Below, piece after piece: positions 17,652 to 26,330 of a DNA stretch of 32,000 nt. This DNA is from Methanobacteriota archaeon (GTDB lineage Archaea; JAADCQ01; Methanopyri; Methanopyrales; Methanopyraceae): positions 147,010 to 179,009 of the forward strand of contig JAMOPO010000052.1 of assembly GCA_027064425.1 (NCBI GenBank), written 5' to 3'. The first letter of the stretch is position 1. Each line of letters begins with the position of its first letter. The translations under genes were made by a program, and so were the position numbers. Below the pieces are notes generated by a model. It made no database searches, had not been told where the DNA came from, and worked only from the letters and a program-made list of their open reading frames with translations.

Positions 17652-18176
17652 TTATCCTTTACGCGTGAACCTCCGGCTAACGCGCTCCTGACGCGACCGC
17701 TTGTTGGCACACTCAGAGCACACGTCGACTTTCTTGTTGCTCTTAAACCTCTTACCACACAGTTTGCACCTGCACTCGTAGAGGCGCGCCCGCTTCCCCT
17801 CCCGCCTCGCCATCCGCTTGATCCGGCTCGTCCGCTCCACCTCCCGGGTCAGGTAGAACCAGGTATCACCGAACACGTCTCGGCCCCGCATGACCACCTT
17901 CCTCGCCACCTCCAGCCCGGACGGGTCCCCCCTCATGGCCCGGACCATCGCGCTTAAGAACTGCCTCTCCCGGTACCGGTAGATGTCGATGGCGTCGTTC
18001 GGGCAGACGCGGACGCACTCGTCGCACGCGTCGCAGGCCTCCAGGTTTACGATCACGACCTCGTCGCCCTTCACATCCAGCACGCCGCGGTCGCACACCT
18101 CCACGCAGAGCGCGCAGGAGGGACCCTCGCAGCGCTCCCGATCGATCTCGATCCTTCGGACCGCCAACTCCTCCAC
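17652..18176 (-). CDS. Two-cluster ferredoxin-type protein with a C-terminal four-cysteine zinc-finger-like module
   Basis: CEGPSCALCVEVC and CDACDECVRVCP; C-terminal CRCKLCGKRFKSNKKVDVCSECANKR. Confidence 0.85.
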   Translation of the reverse strand: MEELAVRRIEIDRERCEGPSCALCVEVCDRGVLDVKGDEVVIVNLEACDACDECVRVCPNDAIDIYRYRERQFLSAMVRAMRGDPSGLEVARKVVMRGRDVFGDTWFYLTREVERTSRIKRMARREGKRARLYECRCKLCGKRFKSNKKVDVCSECANKRSRQERVSRRFTRKG

Positions 18177-18184
18177 CCCAGGGG

Positions 18185-18589
18185 ATGAAACGCTTGAACG
18201 TGCATGTTAGGGAGCGGGAAGGAGACGTCGTGCTGGAGTTCTGCGGGGAGGACGGGTGCATCCAGGTGTCGGCCCGGGCCTTCTACACCGCGGTGATAAT
18301 GAGCGGCGAGGACACCGTGGAGAAGACCAAGGAGCTCCTCACCAAGCCCTTCGAGCTGCTCGGGGAGGATCCCCCCGAGGTGCGCGTCCGCAGGTCGGAG
18401 GATCCGGAGGGTACCCTGCTGAACCCTTGGGTGACCTCGTCGCACGAGGAGGTCGAGTTCTTTACGTTCGAGCTGGAACGGGGAGGCGAGACTTTAAAAC
18501 TCTCCTTGGCAGTCCCGCGCGGCTCTCGGGGCGGCACCTCAAAAATCAAGGAGGTCATTAACCTATTGAAGTCTCGACTCCCGTGGTGA
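18185..18589 (+). CDS. Hypothetical protein (134 aa)
   Basis: ORF MKRLNVHVREREGDVVLEFCGEDGCIQVSARAFY... with acidic composition like its neighbours. Confidence 0.65.
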   Translation: MKRLNVHVREREGDVVLEFCGEDGCIQVSARAFYTAVIMSGEDTVEKTKELLTKPFELLGEDPPEVRVRRSEDPEGTLLNPWVTSSHEEVEFFTFELERGGETLKLSLAVPRGSRGGTSKIKEVINLLKSRLPW

Positions 18590-18607
18590 GCCGGAGGTGA
18601 GCTCGTC

Positions 18608-19537
18608 TTGTACCCGCGGGGTAGAAAGGCCACCCTGGCCGCGATCCTGCGCACGATCCTGAAGGATCAGCCCTCAACGCAGAAAGAGATAGCCGAGAAG
18701 GTGGGCGTCTCGCGGCGGTACGTGACGGAGCTGCTTCAGCCGCTGATGGAGAAGGGGGCCGTTTTCCGGACGTACGCCGTCGACATGACCAAGCTCCGCC
18801 GGCACTTCCCCGAGCTGTTCGAGGAGCTCGGTCGACACATCTACGAGGACATCGAGTCGCACCTGGAGAGCGTCCGCCCCTACTTCGAGCGGATGATCGA
18901 CCTGACGGAGTCACAGGTGGAGAGCGCGATCCTGGCCATCGAGGAGGACCCGAGCCTCGCCCAGAAGATCGTGAAGATGGACGAGGAGGTCAACCGGCTG
19001 GACGAGGAGATCCGGCTGTACGTTCGAGCGCTTCCAACGTTCCACCCGTGCGAGGAGGCGGGGAAAGTCTCGACGCTCCTCCTCGAGATCTCGCACTGCA
19101 TCGAGCGGATCGGAGACTACGCGTGCAACATCGCGGAGGTGGCGGACAGGATCGGAACGCTCTCCGACCTGGGGTGCTGGGAGGAGCTCAAGGAGGCCGC
19201 GGAGCGGGCCCGGTCGATGGTCTCGACCTCGTACGACGCGTTCCTATCCCTGTCCAAGCGTCGGGTCAAGAAGGCCGCGGAGGACGTGTACCGGCAGGAG
19301 GAGCGCGTCCACGATAGCATAATAAAGGCCTGCGACGATGCGATCAAGGAAACGGAGGAGTTTCCGTCCCGCGCCCGGTACCTCTTCGCCGTGTCACGCG
19401 TGACGAAGGACGTCGAGCGCATCGCGGACAAGGCCGTCGATATCGTCGACTACACGCGAGAGCTGGTCGAGGGTCGACCGCGCGACCTGACCCCGGAGCA
19501 GGAGGTGAGGGGAACCATCCCGGCCGACACCGCGTAA
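18608..19537 (+). CDS. PhoU-domain protein with N-terminal winged-HTH
   Basis: QPSTQKEIAEKVGVSRRYVTELLQPLMEKGAV (wHTH), then PhoU-like helices (MDEEVNRLDEEIR...ISHCIERIGDYACNIAEVA...VTKDVERIADKAVDIVDY). SD ggaggtga upstream of a TTG start. Confidence 0.88.
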   Translation: MYPRGRKATLAAILRTILKDQPSTQKEIAEKVGVSRRYVTELLQPLMEKGAVFRTYAVDMTKLRRHFPELFEELGRHIYEDIESHLESVRPYFERMIDLTESQVESAILAIEEDPSLAQKIVKMDEEVNRLDEEIRLYVRALPTFHPCEEAGKVSTLLLEISHCIERIGDYACNIAEVADRIGTLSDLGCWEELKEAAERARSMVSTSYDAFLSLSKRRVKKAAEDVYRQEERVHDSIIKACDDAIKETEEFPSRARYLFAVSRVTKDVERIADKAVDIVDYTRELVEGRPRDLTPEQEVRGTIPADTA

Positions 19538-19553
19538 GGGGGGTGCCGGGACG

Positions 19554-20279
19554 GTGCACTACGTCGGGCTGGGCGGCTTCGGATGCCGGTTCTCCTCCCA
19601 CGCTTCCAACGCCGGCTTCCGAGTGCTCGCCTGCGTCGGCTCCAAGGGTGACCTCCTGCGGGTCTCGGAGGGCAAGACCGTCGAGGTAGCACCGGACATC
19701 GGCTACAACCGCGACTGGCGTCGAGCCTCCGAGGAGCTCGCGGATCACGAGAAGGCCATGAACACGATCCGCAAGTGCCTCGAGCAGCACCTGGACGGCC
19801 CCACGCTCATGGCGTTCGGACTGGGCGGAGCAGTGGGGTTCGCGCTCGCCCGACCCTTCCTCGAGGACCCTCCCGTCCCCTTCGTCCTCCTCGTCACGAT
19901 CCCGGGCGAGTCCGAGGATCCCCAGGTCCGACGCAACGCGCGCGAGCAGGTGGACGTGGTGCTGAAGGTCTCCTCCAAGCTCCCGATCCTCTGGGTGGAC
20001 AACGATATTGGTGGAGGCTACGACCGGGTCAACCGGATGCTCGAGAAGACGCTCTCCGAGTTCCGGGAGTTCCTGAACGTCCCGGTCGAGGAGCTCCCGA
20101 ACATGGCCGGGAACTACGCGGTCTCCCCCTCCCTACCCGGCGAGCGCGTGACCGAGGAGATCGTCAAGACGAACCCCAGCGAGATCCGTCGGCTCGTGAG
20201 CGATCGGGAGCCCGAGGAGCGCGTGATCAAGGAGGAGCGGAAGGGGCCGGACCCGGACTCACTGAGGGAGCTGTTCTAG
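19554..20279 (+). CDS. Highly divergent, short tubulin/FtsZ-superfamily-like protein (predicted)
   Basis: MHYVGLGGFGCRFSSHA (T1-like); VLACVGSKGDL; LMAFGLGGAVGFALARPF (T4-like); VLLVTIPGESEDPQVRRNAREQVDVVL...PILWVDND, in FtsZ-like order. No obvious T7 GxxNxDxxD. Confidence 0.5.
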   Translation: MHYVGLGGFGCRFSSHASNAGFRVLACVGSKGDLLRVSEGKTVEVAPDIGYNRDWRRASEELADHEKAMNTIRKCLEQHLDGPTLMAFGLGGAVGFALARPFLEDPPVPFVLLVTIPGESEDPQVRRNAREQVDVVLKVSSKLPILWVDNDIGGGYDRVNRMLEKTLSEFREFLNVPVEELPNMAGNYAVSPSLPGERVTEEIVKTNPSEIRRLVSDREPEERVIKEERKGPDPDSLRELF

Positions 20280-20292
20280 GGGGCGGCCTCCG

Positions 20293-20520
20293 ATGACTCG
20301 GAAGGCCAGGGTCACGCTCACGCTCTCAGAGGACGCCCTGGCCCGGGTCCTGGCGGCCAAGGACGCGCTGGAGGGGGAGAGCATCTCCTCCACGGTCGGC
20401 AAGCTGGTGAAGTTCGGGTTCGCCTACCTACGAGAGAAGTTCCCCGAGCTCTTCGAAGGCATCGACCTGGAGGAGTACCGCCACAAGGCCCGAGAGCGCT
20501 GGTTCAGCGAGCGGTCATAA
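20293..20520 (+). CDS. Small ribbon-helix-helix-like protein
   Basis: KARVTLTLSEDALARVLAAKDALEGESISSTVGKLVKFGFAYLREK. Confidence 0.5.
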   Translation: MTRKARVTLTLSEDALARVLAAKDALEGESISSTVGKLVKFGFAYLREKFPELFEGIDLEEYRHKARERWFSERS

Positions 20521-20532
20521 CTTTTAACTCCC
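20518..20532 (+). promoter_or_regulatory. Candidate TATA box upstream of argJ
   Basis: cataacttttaactc about 25-30 nt upstream of the ATG at 20558, in otherwise GC-rich sequence. Confidence 0.45.
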
Positions 20533-20557
20533 CGCCTCCCCACGCCCGGGGCGCCGC

Positions 20558-21721
20558 ATGGAGGTTCCCTCGGGCTTCCTGCTTGGCGGCGTGAAGCGGG
20601 ACGTAGGCGTGGGCCTGCTGTTCTCCGAGACCAGGTGCTCGGTCGCGGGCGTATTCACGCGGAACACCCTCCGCGCCGCTCCCGTCGAATACTCCGAGGA
20701 GGTGTGCTCCCGCGGGCGCGCCCGTGGAGTGATCGTCAACAGTGGCCACGCGAACGCTCTCACCGGCGAGGAGGGGATGCAGGACGTCCTCCGGATGGCC
20801 GACGGCGCCTCACGGCTGTTCGGGGTGCCCGACGACGAGGTTCTAGTGTGCTCGACCGGAGTCATCGGCGAGCGGCCGCCCGTGGACAGGATCCTGAAGC
20901 TGGCCGAGGAGGTCTGGGAGTCCCGGATGGGGTCCGATCCGGAGCACGTCCGCGCCTTCAACGAGGCCATCATGACGACGGACACTCGGGAGAAGGTCTC
21001 GTCGTACTCCGGCGGCGACTGGTGCCTCCTCGGGGTGGCGAAGGGCGCCGGCATGATCCACCCGCGGATGTCGACCATGCTGGCCTTCCTGATCACGGAC
21101 GTCCGGGCCGCGTCCCACGATCTCCAGCCCGTGCTGCGAGACGCCGTCGAGGACACGTTCAACATGATCAGCGTGGACGCCGACGAGAGCACCAACGACA
21201 CCGTCCTCCTGATGGCCAACGGGGCGTCCGGGCTCGAGGTGGGCAGGGACGTGCCGGAGTCTGAGTTCGAGAAGGCCGTGAGGAAGGTGTGCGAGGACTT
21301 GGCCCGGGAGATCGCTCGGGACGGTGAGGGATCGACCAAGCTCCTGGAGGTGGAGGTGCGCGGGGCTCGGTCCCGGAAGGAGGCCAGAAGGGCTGCCAGG
21401 GCGGTGGTCTCCTCCAACCTGGTGAAGGCCGCCCTCTTCGGCGAGGACCCGAACTGGGGGAGGGTGGGCGCGGCGATCGGCGCCGCGCGGGTCGATGTCG
21501 ACCCGAGCTCCCTCAAGATCATCTTCGAAAGCTCGGAGGGAAGGGTGGTAACCTACGACGGCGGTCCCGTCAAGTTCGATGAGGAGGAGGCGGCGCGGAT
21601 TTTATCCGACCGAGAGGTCCGGATCGTGGTGGACCTGGGAGTGGGTGACGAGTCCGCCCGCGCCTGGGGGTGCGACCTGACCTACGATTACGTCAAGATA
21701 AATGCCGAGTACCGCACGTGA
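20558..21721 (+). CDS. argJ: Glutamate N-acetyltransferase / ornithine acetyltransferase
   Basis: [58 protein letters not shown] (Thr nucleophile region), [13 protein letters not shown]. Confidence 0.97.
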   Translation: MEVPSGFLLGGVKRDVGVGLLFSETRCSVAGVFTRNTLRAAPVEYSEEVCSRGRARGVIVNSGHANALTGEEGMQDVLRMADGASRLFGVPDDEVLVCSTGVIGERPPVDRILKLAEEVWESRMGSDPEHVRAFNEAIMTTDTREKVSSYSGGDWCLLGVAKGAGMIHPRMSTMLAFLITDVRAASHDLQPVLRDAVEDTFNMISVDADESTNDTVLLMANGASGLEVGRDVPESEFEKAVRKVCEDLAREIARDGEGSTKLLEVEVRGARSRKEARRAARAVVSSNLVKAALFGEDPNWGRVGAAIGAARVDVDPSSLKIIFESSEGRVVTYDGGPVKFDEEEAARILSDREVRIVVDLGVGDESARAWGCDLTYDYVKINAEYRT

Positions 21722-22983
21722 AGATCGGGCGCGCACAGGGGAAGCCCGCCGTGCCGGAGGAGATCATCGAGCTCAAGGGTCACATCATCGACTCCCTGAT
21801 CCTGTCCAAGGTGCTAGACACGATCATGGAGATGGGCGGGGACTTCGAGATCCTAGAGTTCGAGGTCGGAAAGCGCAAGACGGACCCCAGCTACGCCAAG
21901 ATCCTTGTGAAGGCGGACGACCCCGACCACCTCAGCGAGATCATCACGGAGCTGAGAAAGTACGGCGCGGTGCCCGTCGAGTCGGACGAGGTCCGGGTGG
22001 AACCGGCCCCCGCCGACGGTGTCTGCCCGCGCGGCTTCTACACCACCACCAACCACCCGACCTTCGTGAAGTTCGACGGCGAGTGGATTGAGGTGGAAAA
22101 CATCGAGATGGACTGCGCGATCGTGATCTACCCGGAGGAGAAGCGGGCCGTGGCCAAGCCCATCCGGGAGGTAAAGAAGGGCGAGCTGGTGGTGGTCGGG
22201 GACCGCGGGGTCAAGGTCAAGCCGCCGGAGCGACCGCGCGGTAGGACCGGCATCTTCGGGTTCATGGAGAGCGACGTGTCGCCCGAGAAGCCCACGCCCA
22301 CCCTGATCCGTCAGATCGCCGAGGAGCTCGAGGAGCACCGGAAGAACGGCAAAATCGTCGTGGTGGTGGGGCCGGCCGTCATCCACGCCGGGGCCCGGGA
22401 CCACCTCGCGTGGATGATCCGGAACGGATACGTGGACGTTCTCTTCGCGGGCAACGCGGTGGCCGTGCACGACGTGGAGGCGAGCCTGTTCGGGACCTCG
22501 CTGGGCGTGGACCTGGAGACGGGGGAGCCCGTGAAGGGCGGGCACAGCCACCACCTGTACGCGATCAACGAGATCCGCCGCGTGGGCGGCCTCAAGCAGG
22601 CGGTGGAGAAGGGGATTCTGAAGGACGGGATCATGTACGAGTGCATCGTGAACGACGTGCCCTACGTCCTGGCGGGCTCGATCCGGGACGACGGACCCAT
22701 CCCGGACGTGATCACCGACGTCATGGAGGCGCAGAAGGAGATGCGGCGCCACCTGCGCGGAGCCACGCTGGTCCTCATGCTCGCCACGATGCTGCACTCG
22801 ATCGCCACCGGGAACCTGCTGCCGTCCTGGGTGAAGACCATCTGCGTGGACATCAACCCGGCCGTGGTCACGAAGCTCATGGATCGAGGCACGGCGCAGG
22901 CGCTGGGGATAGTGTCGGACGTGGGGGTGTTCCTGCCGGAGCTGGTGAAGGAGCTCAAGAAGATTCGGAACGACGGCGAGTAG
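21718..22983 (+). CDS. TIGR00300/LOR-SDH-type protein, likely archaeal ornithine cyclodeaminase/ArgZ-related
   Basis: [45 protein letters not shown] and [26 protein letters not shown]; GTG start overlaps the argJ stop (GTGA). Confidence 0.8.
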   Translation: MKIGRAQGKPAVPEEIIELKGHIIDSLILSKVLDTIMEMGGDFEILEFEVGKRKTDPSYAKILVKADDPDHLSEIITELRKYGAVPVESDEVRVEPAPADGVCPRGFYTTTNHPTFVKFDGEWIEVENIEMDCAIVIYPEEKRAVAKPIREVKKGELVVVGDRGVKVKPPERPRGRTGIFGFMESDVSPEKPTPTLIRQIAEELEEHRKNGKIVVVVGPAVIHAGARDHLAWMIRNGYVDVLFAGNAVAVHDVEASLFGTSLGVDLETGEPVKGGHSHHLYAINEIRRVGGLKQAVEKGILKDGIMYECIVNDVPYVLAGSIRDDGPIPDVITDVMEAQKEMRRHLRGATLVLMLATMLHSIATGNLLPSWVKTICVDINPAVVTKLMDRGTAQALGIVSDVGVFLPELVKELKKIRNDGE

Positions 22984-23242
22984 GTCGCCCCGGGCCGGAG
23001 AACTCCTCCACTCTCTTCTCGAGAAGCTCCTCCATCACTTTTTTAGCCTCTTTTAACGCCTCTTTGGTGCCCCTGAACGCCAGTACGGTGGTCTTCATAC
23101 CTCCCCGCTCCAGCTCCCGCTGGACGACTTTCACGTCGCACCTCCGCTCGACTTCGGCGATGATGTCAGCCGGCACGCCTAATGGGATGATCATGTCGTA
23201 CTTTTTGGCGTCCTTCTCCTCACCATCGCCGTTCTCGCTCAC
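22955..23242 (-). CDS. Small conserved hypothetical protein, KH-like
   Basis: [61 protein letters not shown]. Confidence 0.65.
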   Translation of the reverse strand: MSENGDGEEKDAKKYDMIIPLGVPADIIAEVERRCDVKVVQRELERGGMKTTVLAFRGTKEALKEAKKVMEELLEKRVEEFSGPGRPTRRRSESS

Positions 23243-23271
23243 GGCGAGATCCCCGACGGGGGTGTGAAAGG

Positions 23272-24240
23272 TTGGCGGAAAAAGGTAGCGGGCCCAAGAA
23301 GAAGGGCGGAAAGGAGGACCGCGAGCGCGAGCGGATCACGGTGAAGTCCAGGCACTACGAGATGCCATTCTCACGCGGGGTCTTGGCCCGATCACTCACG
23401 GCCATCGGCGTGGAACCGCACAAAGCCTACGAGATCGCCCTGAAGATCAAGCGCGAGCTGCAGAAGGAGGGAGTCCGCGAGATCACCACGGACGAGCTGG
23501 CCGAGATCATCCGGGAGAAGCTCGAGGAGATCGACGAGTCGCTGGCCGAGCGGTACGAGCTCTGGCGCCGGATCAAGAAGCGCGAGGAGCCGATCATCGT
23601 GCTGATCGGCGGTGCTTCCGGCGTCGGGACCTCCACGATCGCCGCCGAGGTCGGCCACCGACTCGGCATCACGAACGTGATCGGCACGGACGCCATCCGC
23701 GAGGTCATGCGCCGCGTGCTGGCCGAGGAGCTGTACCCGACCCTCTACGAGTCCTCGTACACCGCCTGGAAGCGGCTACGGTACAAGCCCGCCGAGGACC
23801 CCGTGATCACCGGGTTCCTGGACCACTCGGAGCCCGTCGTCGTGGGCATTGAAGGCGTTGTCAACCGCTCGATCAACGAGGGCATCCACGTGATCATCGA
23901 GGGCGTGCACATCGTCCCACGGCTCCTCAAGAAGGAGATCCTCAACTACCCGAACGTGTTCGCCTTCATGCTGGCCGTGGAGGACGAGGAGGCGCACAAG
24001 TGGCGATTCTACGCGAGGTCCCGTGACACCAAGCTGTCCCGCCCGGCCGAGCGGTACCTGAAGTACTTCGAGGAGATCCGGAAGATCCACGACTTCCTGG
24101 TCGAGGACGCGGAGGAGCACGACATCCCGGTGATCAACAACGAGCATATCGACGAGACGGTCGACCAGATCGTGAGCTACATATCATCCAAGCTGCTGAA
24201 GGGTGAGAAGGAGCTGTCGAAGAGCACATCCTGGTGGTGA
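23272..24240 (+). CDS. pgk2: 2-phosphoglycerate kinase (cyclic 2,3-diphosphoglycerate pathway)
   Basis: N-terminal ATP-cone-like region; IIVLIGGASGVGTSTIAAEVGHRLGITNVIGTDAIREVMR P-loop kinase; TTG start. Confidence 0.88.
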   Translation: MAEKGSGPKKKGGKEDRERERITVKSRHYEMPFSRGVLARSLTAIGVEPHKAYEIALKIKRELQKEGVREITTDELAEIIREKLEEIDESLAERYELWRRIKKREEPIIVLIGGASGVGTSTIAAEVGHRLGITNVIGTDAIREVMRRVLAEELYPTLYESSYTAWKRLRYKPAEDPVITGFLDHSEPVVVGIEGVVNRSINEGIHVIIEGVHIVPRLLKKEILNYPNVFAFMLAVEDEEAHKWRFYARSRDTKLSRPAERYLKYFEEIRKIHDFLVEDAEEHDIPVINNEHIDETVDQIVSYISSKLLKGEKELSKSTSWW

Positions 24241-24244
24241 GCCC

Positions 24245-24667
24245 ATGAGCCTGCTGGAGGACCTCGAGCGGTGCCGGGCCGAGGATCTCATGACGGAGGA
24301 CCCGATCACCGCCTCCCCGGACGACGGGGTCATCGAGGCCTTCGAGACCATGCTCAGGAACGACATCGGGGCGCTCCCCGTCACGGACGACGAGAACCAC
24401 CTGCTGGGCATCGTCACTCGCACCGACCTCGGGAAGGCGCTCCTCGAGGACCGGTACGAGCCGGGGACCACCGTCGAAGAGGTCATGGAGGAGGACGTGG
24501 TGGTGGCGCACCCCGACGACGATCTCCGTACCGTCCTGAAAAAGATGTGTTCCGCGCCCGAGGGCATCTACAACCAGCTGCCCGTGGTGGACGATAACGG
24601 ACGGCTCTTAGGTATCATCGCGGATGGGGACATCATCAGGTGGCTCGCCAGTCGAGTGGAGAAGTAG
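24245..24667 (+). CDS. Tandem CBS-domain protein
   Basis: AEDLMTEDPITASPDDGVIEAFETMLRNDIGALPVTDDENHLLGIVTRTDL and a second CBS copy. Confidence 0.95.
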   Translation: MSLLEDLERCRAEDLMTEDPITASPDDGVIEAFETMLRNDIGALPVTDDENHLLGIVTRTDLGKALLEDRYEPGTTVEEVMEEDVVVAHPDDDLRTVLKKMCSAPEGIYNQLPVVDDNGRLLGIIADGDIIRWLASRVEK

Positions 24668-24888
24668 AAGTGAAGCTGAGCGAGCGGCCCCCGAGGGAGC
24701 TCTCAGAGCTGCTTCAAGATCACGGTCTTACGGTGCGGGACGACGGTCGGACCGTGCTCATCCGTGGGTCCAAGGACGATCTGCTGGAGGCCCTGCTGAA
24801 CGTCCCACCGAAGCTGTCCATGTCTTCCCGAAAAGTCATCAAAGAGCTGTGGAGGGCGCTGGGAGCGGACCGACCGCGGCTCCGCTAG
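24640..24888 (+). CDS. Small hypothetical protein (82 aa)
   Basis: ORF overlapping the end of the CBS gene; plausible compact fold, no family recognised. Confidence 0.5.
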   Translation: MARQSSGEVEVKLSERPPRELSELLQDHGLTVRDDGRTVLIRGSKDDLLEALLNVPPKLSMSSRKVIKELWRALGADRPRLR

Positions 24889-25772
24889 AACACCGAGTAG
24901 CTACCCTTCACCACCGAATTGTCCACCAGGAAGACCCGCTGCCGGCCCCCCATGTTGGACATCCAGAGCCAGAGCTCAACGCTGCCGCTCTTGGCGTGTT
25001 CCGGCAGGACCATCGCGGGCACCGTTCGACCCTCGAAGTTCACCGTCCGGCTCCCGATCTTCTCCTCGCCCGGGCCCAGCAGGGTGACGCTCACCCTACC
25101 CAGCTGTACCGTAAGCTGCTCTAGCACCAGACAGCCTCTGGCCCCCGTCTCCTTCAGCGCCCGCTCGATCTGCCGCTTGACCTCCACGTGCTTCCCGTCG
25201 CTAACGTTGCACAGGACCCGCCCGATCACCGCGTTGTATCGGACTTTAACGTCCGGACCGTCCATGACCCGGCGGCCGAGCTCCCGCCTAACCGCCTCCT
25301 TCACGCGCTTCGCGTCGGGCTTGCCGTCGTACGAGGCCTGGAACATGAACACGGATCCCTTGATTACCACGCTCCGCTGCGCCATCACCTTGTCCTTCAG
25401 CGCCTTCTCCACGTCCTTCCTGGCCTGATTGGGGTCCATCGTGATCGGCACCAGGGCGTCAACGATCACGACCTCCTGGCCGGCCAGCTTCGTTTTCTGC
25501 GCGGAGACTCTCTCCACGCCCTCGACGCCCTCCACCACCTTCTTCAGGTCCCGCTCCGACACCCCGGGCTTAGGTACGGTCAGGACCCGGACGATCGACA
25601 CCTGATAGTCGCGCACGATCCTCGCCTTCACGACGCCCTCCGCCGCGGCCACCTGGGTCGCCTGCCCGGTGAGGGTGAACGTGGGGATGGCGGACAGAAC
25701 CATCATCGCGGCCAGGAACAGGATGCCGCCCACCACGATCGTGCGTCGGTGTCGGCGAATCCAGTCGAACAC
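24885..25772 (-). CDS. N-terminally anchored protein with internally repetitive soluble region
   Basis: TM segment TIVVGGILFLAAMMVLSAIP; repeated alpha/beta units (DLKKVVEGVEGVERV..., ARKDVEKALKDKV..., VKEAVRRELGRRV..., VKRQIERALKETG...). Confidence 0.75.
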   Translation of the reverse strand: MFDWIRRHRRTIVVGGILFLAAMMVLSAIPTFTLTGQATQVAAAEGVVKARIVRDYQVSIVRVLTVPKPGVSERDLKKVVEGVEGVERVSAQKTKLAGQEVVIVDALVPITMDPNQARKDVEKALKDKVMAQRSVVIKGSVFMFQASYDGKPDAKRVKEAVRRELGRRVMDGPDVKVRYNAVIGRVLCNVSDGKHVEVKRQIERALKETGARGCLVLEQLTVQLGRVSVTLLGPGEEKIGSRTVNFEGRTVPAMVLPEHAKSGSVELWLWMSNMGGRQRVFLVDNSVVKGSYSVF

Positions 25773-25775
25773 GGC

Positions 25776-26330
25776 TCACTCCCCCGCGCGCTCCATGAGC
25801 ATCTCCAGGTAGGACTTCCGGATCCGCTCGCCCTCGGCCCCCAGCTCCTCCGCCAGCCGACGGAGGTCCTTCTCCGCCCGCTCAATCTCGGAGCGGTCCT
25901 TCACGGAGCACTCCAGCTCCAGGAACGTCCCCAACCCCTCGACCTCGTCCAGCGTCACCTCAACCTCCCGTCCCGCGAACTTCACCCGGTACACCTCCCG
26001 TCGTTTCTTAACCTTCACCCGCTCCAGCGGCTCGAACCCTAGTTTTCGCAAAATTTTGTCCATGGCCCCGAAGTCCTCCACCTCGACCTCCACCTCCTCC
26101 CGGGACTTCTCCTCCCCCACCCGGGGCCCCTTGTACGTCAGGACGGTCCGATCGCCCGCCCGGCGCAGGCGTAGCGCCTCGTCCGTCTCCCCGAAGTCCC
26201 TGCACGGGTGCTGGTAGTACAGGTCCACCTGCTCCACCTCGCCCTCAGGCTCGCCCATCTCCCGGAGCCTCTCCCTGACCTCCTCCGGGTTCTCGACCGC
26301 TATCTTCACCTCCACCTCGAACACGCCCAC
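25776..26330 (-). CDS. CYTH-domain protein (CyaB/triphosphate tunnel superfamily)
   Basis: ExExK motif (EVEVK), EALRLRRAGDRTVLTYKGPR, REEVEVEV, EVTLDEVEGLGTFLELE. Confidence 0.93.
   Translation of the reverse strand: MGVFEVEVKIAVENPEEVRERLREMGEPEGEVEQVDLYYQHPCRDFGETDEALRLRRAGDRTVLTYKGPRVGEEKSREEVEVEVEDFGAMDKILRKLGFEPLERVKVKKRREVYRVKFAGREVEVTLDEVEGLGTFLELECSVKDRSEIERAEKDLRRLAEELGAEGERIRKSYLEMLMERAGE

Noticed and set aside
21853-22797. 314-aa minus-strand ORF opposite the ornithine-enzyme gene
   Set aside because: His/Val/Arg-rich antisense translation of a conserved gene.
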